Source: Tubulanus polymorphus (lineage: Eukaryota > Animalia > Nemertea). Taken from it: 64,000 bases of DNA. The position numbers and the translations under genes are program-made. Each line of letters starts with the position of its first letter. The first letter of the stretch is position 1. Positions 37,931-51,354 of the stretch are shown one piece after another. The notes under the pieces were generated by a model. It saw only the letters and a program-made list of their open reading frames with translations, searched no databases and was not told the origin of the DNA. The stretch spans positions 2,938,175-3,002,174 of the forward strand of contig NC_134032.1 in the NCBI RefSeq assembly GCF_964204645.1, read 5' to 3'.

Positions 37931-40822
37931 TAATAACGGTTCCCTTGAGATATTTTAAGTGTAAATCCAAGTGTATGTTTCAACAAATAAACTGTTTCAG
38001 TATTATACGTATTATGGGTGGTGATAAATAATTCATTTTTATGTCGCTGATGTCTACTACTCTCTATAATATTTAGTAAGCCATCCACTTAGAATCCAAC
38101 TGCTGCAGGTCATCTGATCAGGTGGACCATAAAATCATCAGGTGAAAGATAATATTTACCTTAATCGATTCGAATAGCCTACAGCAACAGTGACTGATGC
38201 TGGGATTAAGTAAACATATCAGTGTTTTTCTGCATATGGTGTTAGGCTCCCTGTGCTACTGATTATAGAAAAACCGAATCACTCGATATGAATAGCAAAT
38301 TTCCTCGTCGATTCACGCTGAGTATTCATCGAGCAATTAATTGTGGACATTGGAATCTGAGGATGAAACAGGTGACTTATATTGAAAATTTAGCTTAAAT
38401 TGTTTGCAACGGTTTATTGTTTGATGTTGGTCTTTTAACTCTGCATAAAATTATTTACCAAATTCCATCTACGTATATAATTCAAGTGATGCGTGTTGAT
38501 TTGTGATTTTTATTACAAGCACAATTTCGGCGGATGAATTATTTTCAATCAAACGAATTTCCGTGTGTTAAAGAGGACAACTAAATAATGACAACTGAGA
38601 AACTTTTCTCGACTTTTAAAATGTATCACTCATGTCATTATCGTAAGCATATTTAGAGTTTCTGCAAAATACTCTGTTTTATTGCTAAGTAAGGCCCCGC
38701 AGTTAATATGAAAGGTTAGATTTTAACAGTTTCGGGATAATTTAAACCCCATCCTCAGCGAAACTAAAATGGTATAATAATGAATTCACTAATTAAGACA
38801 TATAGTTGTTTCAATTCAAACTGACCACGGAATGCAGCAATGTCACATACATGTAATAAAATCAAATAAAATCTGAATCATAAAATATGTTGCTATTTTG
38901 AATACATGTCATGTCTATCACTGCCTGTCTTATGTGGCTGGGGATTTGTATGTAACACTCATCACTAACGTTGTGTTCACCATGCATTGCTACTAGCGAC
39001 TGGAAATTGGAGAAAATCAATAGGACCACCACTTGGGCTAATCGATTGACGATGAATATTTATTGAGCAGAAATATTAGTTCCCGGACTCTTAAGTGGAA
39101 CAGGTGACGGAATCCAGACAAAAACATCCACAACCACCGCTCCGATCCAGACGTAAATCCATAGTGCAGTAGAATGTAGCTCCTCTAGTTTTCCAGAGTT
39201 CCACTCTAGCTGATAAGTCGTTTGGGGAAACTAGCTGATTTCTTCTGTAGACATTCTTCTTAAGCTTCAGGTAATGGGAATTGTGCCCGGTACAACCACC
39301 AGTTTAATGACACTTAATTCAGATAATTTTAAGTGGTCACCATAGAATATTCCAATCAGAACTCACAGCAGCTACTCGTCAAGCTTTCGTTTACGAGATA
39401 TGTGTATTTTCTCGACTTATTGAATATTGCTTGTTTGGTAGAAATGCCCTTTAGTAAGAACCTAAAAAAACACCATTACATTAAAGATGCTGCATTTATA
39501 CATTATTCACTACAGACTATAGGACATCTTGAAAGGAAAATTCCAATCAAGTAATCTCAGTGTTCTCCATCTATTTAATTAAGGGTGATGAACCTGCCCT
39601 TTTGGAATAAATAAAAATAATTAAAACAAGAGGACTTCAAAGTCCTGAGGTTCGAAGAAGAAAAGTGTGATGTATAAGATATAAATTACATAAAAGAAAG
39701 GCAAATTATGAAAAAGGAAATTAAAAATCAATAGAGAAGTTTGCTTAGAAAAATTCAATTTGTTTGCCGTTTGCATTGCGCACGTCGTAATGCTATTGTT
39801 TACATCTGACGTCATCAATAAAATGCCTGCCTCTCAATCACCATAATTGGTTTACACTAAAAATGCGCTTACTTGAAAAACTATGCTATGTATCAATCTG
39901 GAATTTTCGGTACAATATCCGATGCGAAATACCTTGCTTTGAAGGTTTATTTGGTGTAAATCGGATCCAAAATGTTTCTAATATTTTGTTCATTACTTTT
40001 GAAGTGGTCTGTGGACCTATTTCATTGAGTCGTATCACGCCAACTGAAAAAAAAATCTTCCGATCCTGTCACGTGACTTCATGACTGCAACTTGACGAAA
40101 GCTTAGGTTCTCATTCTTCGAACCGATAAAATGTATGATAATGAATCATGAACACTGGCAGTGATATGTACGGTTTCTCTCATTATGTAGCATTCGTCAT
40201 ATTTCATCAAATAAGCAGGAATTTTCGATCAAATACCACGTTGTTTCATTTTTAACCAGTTGTTGGAATTAATTTTCGAATTACTGAAATATTCGTTGCC
40301 AAAACAAACATCATGCATTGAAAAGCAAACGATGAGCACTTGGTATTTCGAAGTACTTTGTCGTTATAAAATAACAAAGCCTGTGCACTACTGACGTGAC
40401 TAAAGCATTGGTGGACATCGCGCGGACAAAGTGAGTAATTTGACAATATGATTTTACGACCAACCAGCGTGGACCGTTGACTGGTTTGGGTTTATATTGG
40501 GGGCTGCCTAATTTTGTGCATCATTTTTAGGGAAAGACTATGATTTTGGGGGTATTTAAATACATATTACCCGGTATCCAGCCTTTTTGTTTGCACGACA
40601 ATTAGTTAGACCGGTCTAAATGGGTCCGCACCATGTCCGGTCTAAAATCTGAGTGTGGGTTCACACACGTCTTGCGAAATTGGCTACGAATTGTTATGAC
40701 TTGGCTCGCTAGATGTCATGATGTAATATATGAAATACCAACAGTTACTTCATGTACGGTCATAAATGAAGAAATCCCACACTTCGAATTAAATTATACT
40801 GATAGAATTTGTTATTTTGAAA

Positions 40823-40864
40823 CCACAACGTTTCGGCTGTTGACTAACAGCCATCATGAGGTGG
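40823..40864 (-). ncRNA. Degenerate type I hammerhead ribozyme (core CUCAUGA instead of CUGAUGA)
   Basis: ccac-CTCATGA-t-ggctgtt-agtc-aacagcc-GAAACGTT-gtgg. Confidence 0.55.
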
Positions 40865-40983
40865 AATAATTTCTTCATTTATCTACTGAGTACACGGATG
40901 ATAGTGTTTATTCGACGACTATGTACGATCATGGTTCCTTTTCTTTATTTGCATTTACTACTATATCTCTTCATTACTCTCAC

Positions 40984-40988
<5 letters not shown>

Positions 40989-41061
<73 letters not shown>

Positions 41062-41616
41062 TCTCCCTCTCTCCCTCTCTCCCTCTCTCCCTCTCTCCCT
41101 CTCTCCCTCTCTCCCTCTCTCCCTCTCTCCCTCTCTCCCTCTCTCCCTCTCTCCCTCTCTCCCTCTCTCCCTCTCTCCCTCTCTCCCTCTCTCCCTCTCT
41201 CCCTCTCTCCCTCTCTCCCTCTCTCCCTCTCTCCCTCTCTCCCTCTCTCCCTCTCTCCCTCTCTCCCTCTCCCCCTCTCCCCCTCTCCCCCTCTCCCCCT
41301 CTCCCCCTCTCCCCCTCTCCCCCTCTCCCCCTCTCTCCCTCTCTCCCTCTCTCCCTCTCTCCCTCTCTCCCTCTCTCCCTCTCTCCCTCTCTCCCTCTCT
41401 CCCTCTCTCCCTCTCTCCCTCTCTCCCTCTCTCCCTCTCTCCCTCTCTCCCTCTCTCCCTCTCTCCCTCTCTCCCTCTCTCCCTCTCTCCCTCTCTCCCT
41501 CTCTCCCTCTCTCCCTCTCTCCCTCTCTCCCTCTCTCCCTCTCTCCCTCTCTCCCTCTCTCCCTCTCTCCCTCCCTCCCTCCCTCCCTCCCTCCCTCTCT
41601 CTCTCTCTCTCTCTCT
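40989..41616. repeat. Compound CT-rich microsatellite: (CT)n followed by (CCCTCTCT)n
   Basis: Directly visible ~630 bp pure pyrimidine tract. Confidence 0.98.
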
Positions 41617-41864
41617 TCACGTACTCCAAAGCCAAAACCTAAAACAAATGTTCTTATTTCCTACATTCCTCATTTTCCTGAGACATTATCTTCATTTTAC
41701 TCCCTCCGGACCTGTGCTAACCATTCCATAATTAGTCCCTCCATACATTTCAGTCATAGCAACTAAATGCTTTTCTCCCTTGTAACATGAGCCATTTCCC
41801 TTCAGTGAGCGCACAAGCACACATCTAGTGTCAGCTATCGTGTTCACACCGTACACTATGGAAG

Positions 41865-43554
41865 ACCTCAGACGACATTCGAGATATGAGATGCAACATA
41901 TGAGATACGACATACGACTTATTAACAGTACGGGTGTCCGTCCGCTAGCGCCACCTCAGTGTATGTTTTTTCTTTAAATAATTACTGCATATAAATCGTT
42001 TAACTGTGACGCGTGGTCATCGTCAATTATAAGAAAACCAACATAGTCAACCTTTTATTCAAACCAGATATCTTTTGGATAATGGATACAATGTGAACAC
42101 CCTGGACACAATGTGAACACCCTGGACTAGCCTCGCCGGTTGTTCTCTCTCGACCTGCGGGCGACGAAGTTTTTCATTAAAATCACAAAACTAAAAAAGT
42201 ACCAAAGTTCTTTGTGCTAGTTCTTGTCATCCTTGGTCTGAAAACGACCAGGTGTTCAGGGGCGCGGGTTCCGGTAACTCACTGCCTGTATGGCTACTGT
42301 TCACCGCCTAGTTCCTCAGTAGACCGGCCCTCTTGTGCCCCTCCTCCGCTGTTTAACACAATTTACAATTGTATCAAATACCCCTGAGTTCTTGAATCCC
42401 AAACAACCCGGGAACCCGTACGTCGTCTGGTCTTTCCATATGCAGTAGAACTCAGCAGCGCTCTCTCTCAATTGTAGGCTTGAAATCCCTAGCTAAATAT
42501 CACCCTATCGAGCTACCGCGGCAGACTGATGAGTCCACTAGACCAGCCGTTGAGGTCGAGACTAGCCAGTTTTCGTATCTAACAGTCATGGCAGTATGCG
42601 GCACTGTCTTTCTATAATATGGGTAGGTGCGATTGCTGCAAATTGAAACTAAAAACAAGACATGACGGCACAGCCATAGTAGACAGCCATAGTCTGTGGT
42701 CTTCCCCTGAAAATGTGTTCAATTTATATACATCCCGTGTATTCTGAGGGCTTTTTGGTTATCTTTCTGTTCTGACATCTTTCATGAAAACGGGCCAACG
42801 GCTGAATAACTTTTATAACCGGAGAATCCAATTTAAGATCATTCTCATCAATTATCATGGTCAGTTTTGAAACTGATTGACAAAACTACAGGAACCACAT
42901 AAATAATTCTACAGCATAACACAACACCTCTTACATTTATAAAGATAAGAGATCCATGGAAATATCAAGTAAAATGTTTCTAGACAGGGAATTAGCGGAA
43001 CTCCAGAACTTTGCTGTTATGGTGCGTTTGCACCCGTCGCAAAAAAAACATCGCGATAAACAAACGTCAGCTGGACTCTTATAATGCCAGGATCTGGGAG
43101 TGATACAGTGGAACTCCATTCTTATATCTAATGAATAATTCATTCAATATATTAATGTTATGTTAGTATTTTTAATTCATACCCATTTTTCAATTCATTC
43201 GTTGAAATTCATAGTATGTTATGTACACTAAACAAATTCCCTGTGTCGGACTTTTTTTAAAACTCTGCGGTCATATTCATAATATATGCATACATAAGAT
43301 AAAAACACACTACGTACAAATTAAGATAATTTAAAATCATTTCGTTTTAAACGTTTTTCGCATGTTGATATTCATAGTTTATGTTTATATAATATACGCC
43401 ACTGCCTGTGCACGTTTTGTATGCAGAAGTGTTGAAAAACATACACTGAGGTGGCGCTAGCGGGCGGACCCCCGTACTGTAAATAAGTCGTATATCGTAT
43501 GTTGCATCTAATATCTCGTATGTTATATCTCATATCCCGAATGTCGTCTGAGGT
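41865..43554. mobile_element. Non-autonomous TIR element (~1.7 kb, ~105-120 bp imperfect TIRs)
   Basis: acctcagacgacattcg...cgctagcgccacctcagtgtatgttttt mirrored at 43435-43554. Confidence 0.75.
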
Positions 43555-43844
43555 TAATGACAGAGGTTAACTTTCATATACTATGCTCACACAGTGTATT
43601 GCAAACAATGAATTTATTTGTATGATAGGTTGATTATTCAAAGATATGGTGGATACATTTTCAATGCATATGAAATTACAAAATCCCATGAATCGACAGA
43701 TTACTGCACGTATTTTGAATAAAATTTCTATTCAAATCCGCTTTTAAATAGGTTTAGATTATATTAGAATTTTGATTGTAGTTTTATCAGTAGTTTAGTT
43801 CTGGCAGTTGCAGTTATCGTGTGCTCCGAGACTGACGTATAAAA

Positions 43845-46315
43845 ATGTGAGTTTTACAGGAGGTCCTTTTGGATAGTAACATATACTCCAATAGGTTAAT
43901 CAAATCACCAAAATTTTATTTGCAATAATAATACTAAAAACTTTCGTGCAATGTTCTTGTAGATTTCTTCATTACTTTCAGGAAGTAACTATAGTTGAAA
44001 GTTACTTTTTATTTTACAGGAATTTCATAGGACTATTCTATCGTTTCTTTTACATTTGTTTGTTGTGTTTATTGTGGAAATTTGGTAAGTCTTCTCATGT
44101 TTTGCTTTACCGCACGTCTTTTGGAGCTTCGTTTACGCAGATTTTCAACCTATTCCATCGTTGTTGTTTAAACCTCACGGGACCGCAGTCTTTAAAGTAT
44201 TGCCCGTGCACTGTTAGCCGCAAGCAGGACTCCATCCCGTTTGCCACTCACGAGTTTTATCGAATGTTCGTTTATATGAATACGATCGAAAACTGAATAA
44301 CATTGCACAGGTTATAATGCAGTGATGCATTTACTGGAACTTCTATTACAGATACCGTAATTTCTATCAGCGTTGAGGAAAGAAGCTTGGACCAGTTTGG
44401 CCATATGATGAAAGAATTGACAAAAAGACCGGTATCAGATTTCAACGAATACGGCAACTATTGCGGGAAGGGAGGTAGTGGGCGTGTCCTTGATCAGATT
44501 GACAGGTATTTAGCACCCAACAGCTATATGCGATAACAATACCTTGCAATAAACCTACCCCAAATTTCTATGCATTTAAAGCCATTGCAATGCAAGAGAC
44601 AAATACGTGTATTTCAATCTATAACTATGCAATAGACAATCTTCAATGTTTAACCGGAGTTAATTATTGTTGTTGACCTTTTTACTTAACTTGAAAACTC
44701 AATATCCAATATCCTTAGATCAGAACCAACTTAGATTTTACAGGTCCTGTGTTGTAAACGGTTATAGAACCAAAGCATAATTCCACTGGCCTAATGCTGT
44801 TAGAATCTAGTAGAACCTGAATGAGTTAAGACTGGTCTCAAGTTGTTAGGTTTGGTTATGGAACCGACATTCTCTTTATTAGGTTTTAAGTTGTTAACTG
44901 GTAAAAGTACCAAAGCATCTCATTAATTGTGGGTTTGTTTTATTCAATACATTAATATCATTTTATTGACAGGTCAAATTTATCACATGAAATTCGAGCT
45001 TTAAATCCCGTGCTATTTTTCTAAAGGTGCTGTAAAGTGCACGATGATTGTTACGGTCGTATTAGCAACAACGAATGTAAAAGCAAGAGTTTTTGGGACA
45101 TTCTGTTTACTTCAGTTTATCTGAATAGATACGCGTGGAAAATGCAAAATGGCGCGATCATTTGCGGTACGTATATCCAACCACAGATATCTTAACGTCG
45201 ATAGTGCCGATCACTTAAACCCGAATGTTGCACTTAGCGTTTTGAATTTACGTACTTTACTCAAATTCAATATAAGATAAGTACCGACGTTTACACGGTA
45301 CTTTTGAGGAGAACATTGACAACACAATCTGAGACCGTGTTGCAAAGATGGTACAAAATCCAACATTGAAAATAAAAGCAGCCTGAACCCTTTCGCTGGG
45401 TACTATTTGAATAATCCACGAGCAATAAATCTGTGTTTATGTTGATTTTGATTTCAAAATGAATTCATACGGTTTTTTGATGAAGAAAGACTCATCAAAC
45501 TAGTATCGGTTATGATGCTAGTTGTAAGAGCTTTAAACGACGATAAAATGTTTGGTACACAAAGCTTGAACATCAAGGTAACCAGTGACTTAGATCTCGA
45601 TGTCAATTTTAGTTCACGTCTTTGTTTACATAAATTAGTAGTTTGATAATAATAGAAAACATTGTAAGCACTTTCTATGAGATAGAGCATTGCAACGACT
45701 GTAAGACATCCGTAAAGCATACTGATGACGTTTTAGCAGCCAGGTGGCTAGTTTATCATCTAGGGGAAATTAGGTTAATAGGTCAAGTGTCACGTGTCAG
45801 GGGACATCGCCGATATCTATCGGATTACATCGTCACAACCCAAATGATATCGCCAATGAAAGGGCGAAGCAGATGATATGAAATTCGACACGTCAAAAAG
45901 TGCATTGTGTCGTTGAGCTAATAGATTATTCGGCGTTTGTAATTAAGCTCACGAGATCTTATGATTAATTCCATATTTAGAGCATTTTGTTTTTGTGAAG
46001 ATTGTTTTGAGTTAAGTCTAAACGTCGAGATGACTAAGTAATGATGATGTCGTGACGTCGAATGAAGTATTACCTGGAAAATATTGAGAACGCTTTAAGT
46101 CGTAACAGTACTCTGTGAATGTGTTTATCAATTCGATAATTAAAAATATATGTATATCATATTTTTTACTAGAATCAAGAAATAACAGATGTGATATGGT
46201 ACTGTGCCAATGCGACAAGACTGCCGCCGAGTGCTTCAAGAAAAACTTACGATTTTACAACCCGGCCAGAAAATCGTCGAGTCATTTGGATAAATTCATC
46301 CACGCGTTCTACTAA
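43845..46315 (+). CDS. Secreted phospholipase A2 (group I/II/X-like). Coding exons 43845-43846, 44020-44084, 44352-44505, 45027-45166, 46173-46315
   Basis: GT-AG introns with consistent phases; hydrophobic signal peptide; Ca-loop YGNYCGKGGSG; DRCCKVHDDCY catalytic His-Asp; LCQCDKTAAECF. Confidence 0.92.
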
Positions 46316-47500
46316 AATGATGACTTATTTACGTCAAAAATGTAATATTTTGCCATAAATACATATTGAGTCTATGTCACCAGGTCATCATTAAACGTTT
46401 GTTTGCGTCTCTAGGATCTTTCAATTTGTGCTTGTCTATAAGTTACCTCGGTGAAGTTAGTTACTTGTTCCTTTATCGTCCATTTCTATCGGAGCATCCA
46501 CTACCTTATCGGTCATATAATTTCCATCAACGTCGATGAAGTTAATAGACACTCTATTAATATCTAATCCCGATAATTTCAGAGTCTTTTTACTTTCCAA
46601 ATTCGCTGTTGTTATCACAGTCTTTTGCTGTTATTTGAACAGAGTAAATTAAACTTACATCCATTTTGTGCCTCATCGCCTCGAAAACTTGCTGGTGAGA
46701 TAATTTTCTTTCACTTGCTAACTCCTGTAATCCAAATTGAATGGACATGTCCCTTGTTAATCCACTCATATTTATTATCTTGATATAAATGGTTGAATCT
46801 AGACGTTATAGATAGATGCAAACTGACCAGATAATAGATTTACGACGGAGAGCTCCCTAAGCACGGCTGCTCATATCCGCCATGATAGATCGATGTTCCA
46901 AGGTTGTGAACGGGCGGAGGAGATAAAAAAGGATGAAGGATACTACGGGTCTCACGAAGAACCGAACTTCCATATCCCATTTCACTTCGTCTCAGTAGCA
47001 GACGCTCTTCTCTCAGCTGTGACGTAGTCCGGTCATCAACGTTAGCTGTGATGATACTAAACTGATATCCTAGTAGAAGAATGGAAGTATTGTATATTCG
47101 GTGGTGCTGTGATAATGCAGGCATTCGGGAGTTTGAAAATCATGTTCAAAATGTATCGAAAAATAACTAAATTTTGCAACGGACGACCTACAGCTCATCG
47201 CATCACCTGGTCGTATATGGTTTTACTGAATCCACGGGTCAAAATTGTTACAATGTCTCTTAAAAACGTTTAACTGGTATTTCTTGCGTTTAATCTCGTA
47301 GAAAAATGAAGGAATCGTAGGTAAGTGTGAAGAAAAACCATTAAAGAAACACTTTTCCGTGTTGCGACGATAAATAATAAACAAAATGTTGATATATACA
47401 AGCCATCAAGAATTGTGCCGTCACTCTTATAATAAATTACTTTATTTGTCTCTCTGTTCTTGATGGCGTATATAAATGTCACATCATTTTGTTAACTCAG

Positions 47501-47544
47501 TATTCCTGACGATGACAATTAGGACATAGTCGAAACGTTGAATA
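47501..47544 (+). ncRNA. Minimal type I hammerhead ribozyme (Penelope/retrozyme-like)
   Basis: tattc-CTGACGA-t-gac...gtc-GAAACGTT-gaata; stem I tattc/gaata, palindromic stem III AACGTT. Confidence 0.65.
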
Positions 47545-50340
47545 AACTACACTAGCTCAAGGAAACATTTCAGACTCTTTTTATTCTAAGTGTGCAGGGA
47601 TTTTATATCATCTTTACAACAGAGTGTTTTATCAATGGTTATAATGAGGACAACATCTCATTATTCCTGAAAATGACTATTAGAATATTGTCGAATGAAT
47701 TGTTAGCTATCAGGAAACTTGTCGGTTTTCATCTTTCGTCAGATCACTATAGTATTTATTCTCTGTGAATAAATTATGTTTTAGGTATAGACAAATATGA
47801 AATATCCATGTCTTTTTGTGCGTAGAAATGTGAGAAAAGTGGAAAATGGAAAATGTGAAATTTTCAGAATATTGCATCCCATCCCTGATATGTGTCAAAG
47901 TTCGATGCTTTTAAGAGCTCGACCAAGAATTAAATGTAATAAAGGGAAAAGAAAGTTAAACAGGAACGAAATTTTATTGAAGAGCTAAGATATTGTGAAG
48001 TCATTAATCCGAAATAGTAATGGGCAATGCTAAATTCTACAACTAGTTCCAAACCCGGCATAAGCACGCTTATATTTAGTTGGATTTAGCACTGGCTATA
48101 TATAATTCGCATTAATATCATAAATATAGCTGCCAAGCAGCGATAACGGGTTTTTTTCTAAAGCCATTCAGAATGATGGGAATTGTAGTAAATTGAAATA
48201 TCGATACATAGAATAAAATGCATTGACAGATTCGAACCTAATATGCAACCACTGTGTAAACGTCAAATATGATTCAGCTTTGAAACCGAACATACGCGGA
48301 CGTACAATCACAAATATTAATTTATTTGACCAGGCATTTATTTTGGCATTCAAACATCATGATACTGTATTATCACCATGCTCAAAAATGGATCTGTCCT
48401 ATTAAGAACTCATCTTAAGCACCTGCTGAGTCGATAGATTGAGTGAATTTACAGATAAGAACGTACTATGATTTAGAATAGATTTAAGAAGTTAATGTTT
48501 TTATTGAAATATTTGAATAAATACATATATTGTAGTGTAGATTCAATCAATAAATTATGAATTGATCTGGTCTGGGTTTTCGGCTGATGTTGATTTTGGC
48601 TTTTATGGATTACAAATTCTATAGTGATAAACAATTGATACCTGCAACATGTGTGTAAATCAAACCTATTCCACTAGTTGCGTGTGTTTCCTAATAAACG
48701 GGAGAGTCACTCTTGATCCGAGTTATTAGAAAAATAATGTTCATTTAGTTATAGAAATTCATTGCCTTTTTGGAAATTCTGTAATTATATTTGTTCTGTC
48801 CTAATTTGTATTACTGTATGAACCAATGATATGCTTTGTAAATATGATGTAATAAAATAAATTTGAATTTGAATTAAATTTGAACATGAGAATCAAACAT
48901 AACTTGTGTTTTTTCAACTTGTCTTTTGTTAACAGTTCCAGAGTTTCAATTACAATCAAATCCAAATTTGGCTAAAAAAGTACATGGGACTAAATGAAAT
49001 GAACCGTTAGTTACTGCAAACCTATTCCAGTGTTATGTCGATCGTGTTGAATCACTTTCCTTGAGTTGAAAGAATCAGATCTTCTATGGTGCAACATCGG
49101 TCGAAGAGAGATATCTTGGTGTTGACTGTCCTTGGCCATCTAACTTCATGCGTTTGACGTTGGAATCAGCATCATACCCACAGTACATGTATACAGTAAT
49201 CAAACTTTCACCGATGTTAGATATTTGAATAAACGTTGGGCTTATTTCAGTATTCTAAAGCAGGAAATAATAAGCCCAATAAATAGGCCCTATTCCCATT
49301 GGAACAATTGTATAATGCGTACAGCAGCACTTATCAGTCAAGTATGGAGAAATCGGTATACCAAACCTACGAACAGCAAAATGTACAGGCCTCCAATGAT
49401 TTCTGGTATACAAGCCGTGACCATATGAACGTTTTGGTTTGACTATTAATGTCAGCAGGTCAGAGAAGGCCTGGTCAAATTTAATCACATGGCTCAAATC
49501 AATTAGCCTTTCTGCGTGTGAATACTTCACTGTATTGTTTTAAAAATAGACCTATCGAGTGAATTAGTACAAAGACTGAATTAGACTTTAGGCTAGTCCT
49601 GACCAAATCCTATGCATGTTATAATTGCACCAGTTATAGTAAAATCACTGTAGGGCCGACGAGAGGGAAAAAGTTGTGTTTGTAGTACATAGGCATGGTA
49701 GGCTTGTCGTACTCACTTAATACTTAAAATGCTGTCGTTACCTGTGCGTGACTGTACGATGATTTCTACAGGTTGGCCGTATGTGAGTACGTTGACGCTC
49801 AGACTTGCAATATTGGGATTCGAAACCAAACGAAAAAAAATCCAGTTGTAGTCCAGTGATTTACCCACGGTGCCACAGAACGTAACTGCAGGGTGGATGA
49901 AATTTGATTTACGAATAGCCTAGCCTCACCTAACCCAAACTCTATTCTTTTACGCATGCGCGTTTGCAGATTAAAGGAACTCACATACAACGTTTTTAGG
50001 GAACTTACGTACGGCGTTTTTAGGGAACTCACGTTCGGTTAACCTGTCGATATCACCGTACAGCAACGTACGCATAACAACTTCGTACTTAAAAAATGGT
50101 ATTGGCTACTATATAATAGGCCTCGGTAGGCTTTCTTAGCTTCCACACTTCACAACCGAACCAACTGACCAACCAGTATATTTATTCCCAGTACGCACCA
50201 ACCGGCAGAGGCCTAACACTGTTTGTCAACCGTGTGTACCGTAGTAGGCTATCGATAATCACCTGATACTTTTGTGTCGTTCGTTTTCTCTCTACATGTT
50301 GTCACTATGGTACCACAGTGGAGTGAGGGGAGGAGGGGGG

Positions 50341-50490
50341 ATGACGTCATACCGGAAGTGACGTAATCCAAGATGGCGACCGGAAGTGACGTAATCCAAG
50401 ATGGTGACCGGAAGTGACGTAATCCAAGATGGCGACCGGAAGTGGCGGTTAAAATTCAAATTTCAAATTTTTGGCGGGAAAATTCAAAAT
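50341..50490 (+). promoter_or_regulatory. Left terminal motif array: 3 x 28 bp CCGGAAGTGACGTAATCCAAGATGGCGA plus E2F/CHR-like site
   Basis: ETS (CCGGAAGT), CRE (TGACGT), YY1 (AAGATGGCG); ttttggcgggaaaattcaaa. The repeats are seen directly; function is inferred. Confidence 0.65.
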
Positions 50491-50790
50491 TTTTCCGTTA
50501 AATCCAAATCAAATTATTGACAACGAATCCAAATCAATTTATTGGCGGTTTTAAATCCAAATTGGTATGATTGAATCCTAGATGGCGCTTACGCATTCCT
50601 ATGCGTGTTTATGGGAAGAGTTGAATCCTAGATGGCGCTATTACGAGATCCTATGTGTACGTGGAGGTGAGGGGGAAGTGAAGTTAAATCCTAGATGGCG
50701 CTTTTCCCTGAGTACGGGCAAATTCGAGACATAGAAAACCAAAAATTAAAAAAAACAATGTAAAACAATAAAAAAACATTTTATTCACCG

Positions 50791-51354
50791 TTAAAATTTA
50801 CAGTTTAAACACGGTTTAAATCCGAATTCCTTGGCGCACGAGACGTGAATATAAGCGTCGCAGCAGTCTGTCTTTTGTTTAGTTATTTCCAAACACACTA
50901 AACACGTGTTGATGCCACAAAATAAAGTTATGCAGTTATAACAAAAGTTTTCTTCATACCCTTCACACGTTTTAAGTTCGCTTAAACAGGGCCAGCATAT
51001 AGTTTTATCACAACAATGAAGCAAATCCTCTTGCGCGTGACAACGATAACAGTCTTTTTTCGCGATATGTTTGATAATCCTAAAATGTGCCATGCAATTC
51101 TCGATAGGACATTCGAAATCATGTTGAACGCCTAACCATCGAGCGTTCACTAGCCAGCAATCTTCACAAATCGGTTTCCTGCAACACGTCGTTACTCGAA
51201 AACTACCGTATGTAATTGTCGTATTACAATATTTGCAAATCGCAAATCCGGTAGACCAGTCGATATCTTCAAAGTCGACATGATTTATTTCATGTTCCGT
51301 GGTAGTTGATTTTTTTAGGAAAATGTTTTCCACGGTAAAAAAATCGCCAGACAT
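50791..51354 (-). CDS. Cys-rich protein with three tandem RING-like zinc fingers (left arm copy, intact)
   Basis: CKYC..CC..CEDC..CPIENC; CYRC..CC..CWPC..CYNC; CLVC..CC..HVSC..CLNC. AATAAA follows the stop. Confidence 0.75.
   Translation of the reverse strand: MSGDFFTVENIFLKKSTTTEHEINHVDFEDIDWSTGFAICKYCNTTITYGSFRVTTCCRKPICEDCWLVNARWLGVQHDFECPIENCMAHFRIIKHIAKKDCYRCHAQEDLLHCCDKTICWPCLSELKTCEGYEENFCYNCITLFCGINTCLVCLEITKQKTDCCDAYIHVSCAKEFGFKPCLNCKF

Noticed and set aside
40856-41766. Three long ORFs (SLSP / RERG repeats)
   Set aside because: They are translations of the CT microsatellite.
42520-42570. Hammerhead-like CTGATGAGTCC
   Set aside because: No correctly placed GAAA core or stem III.
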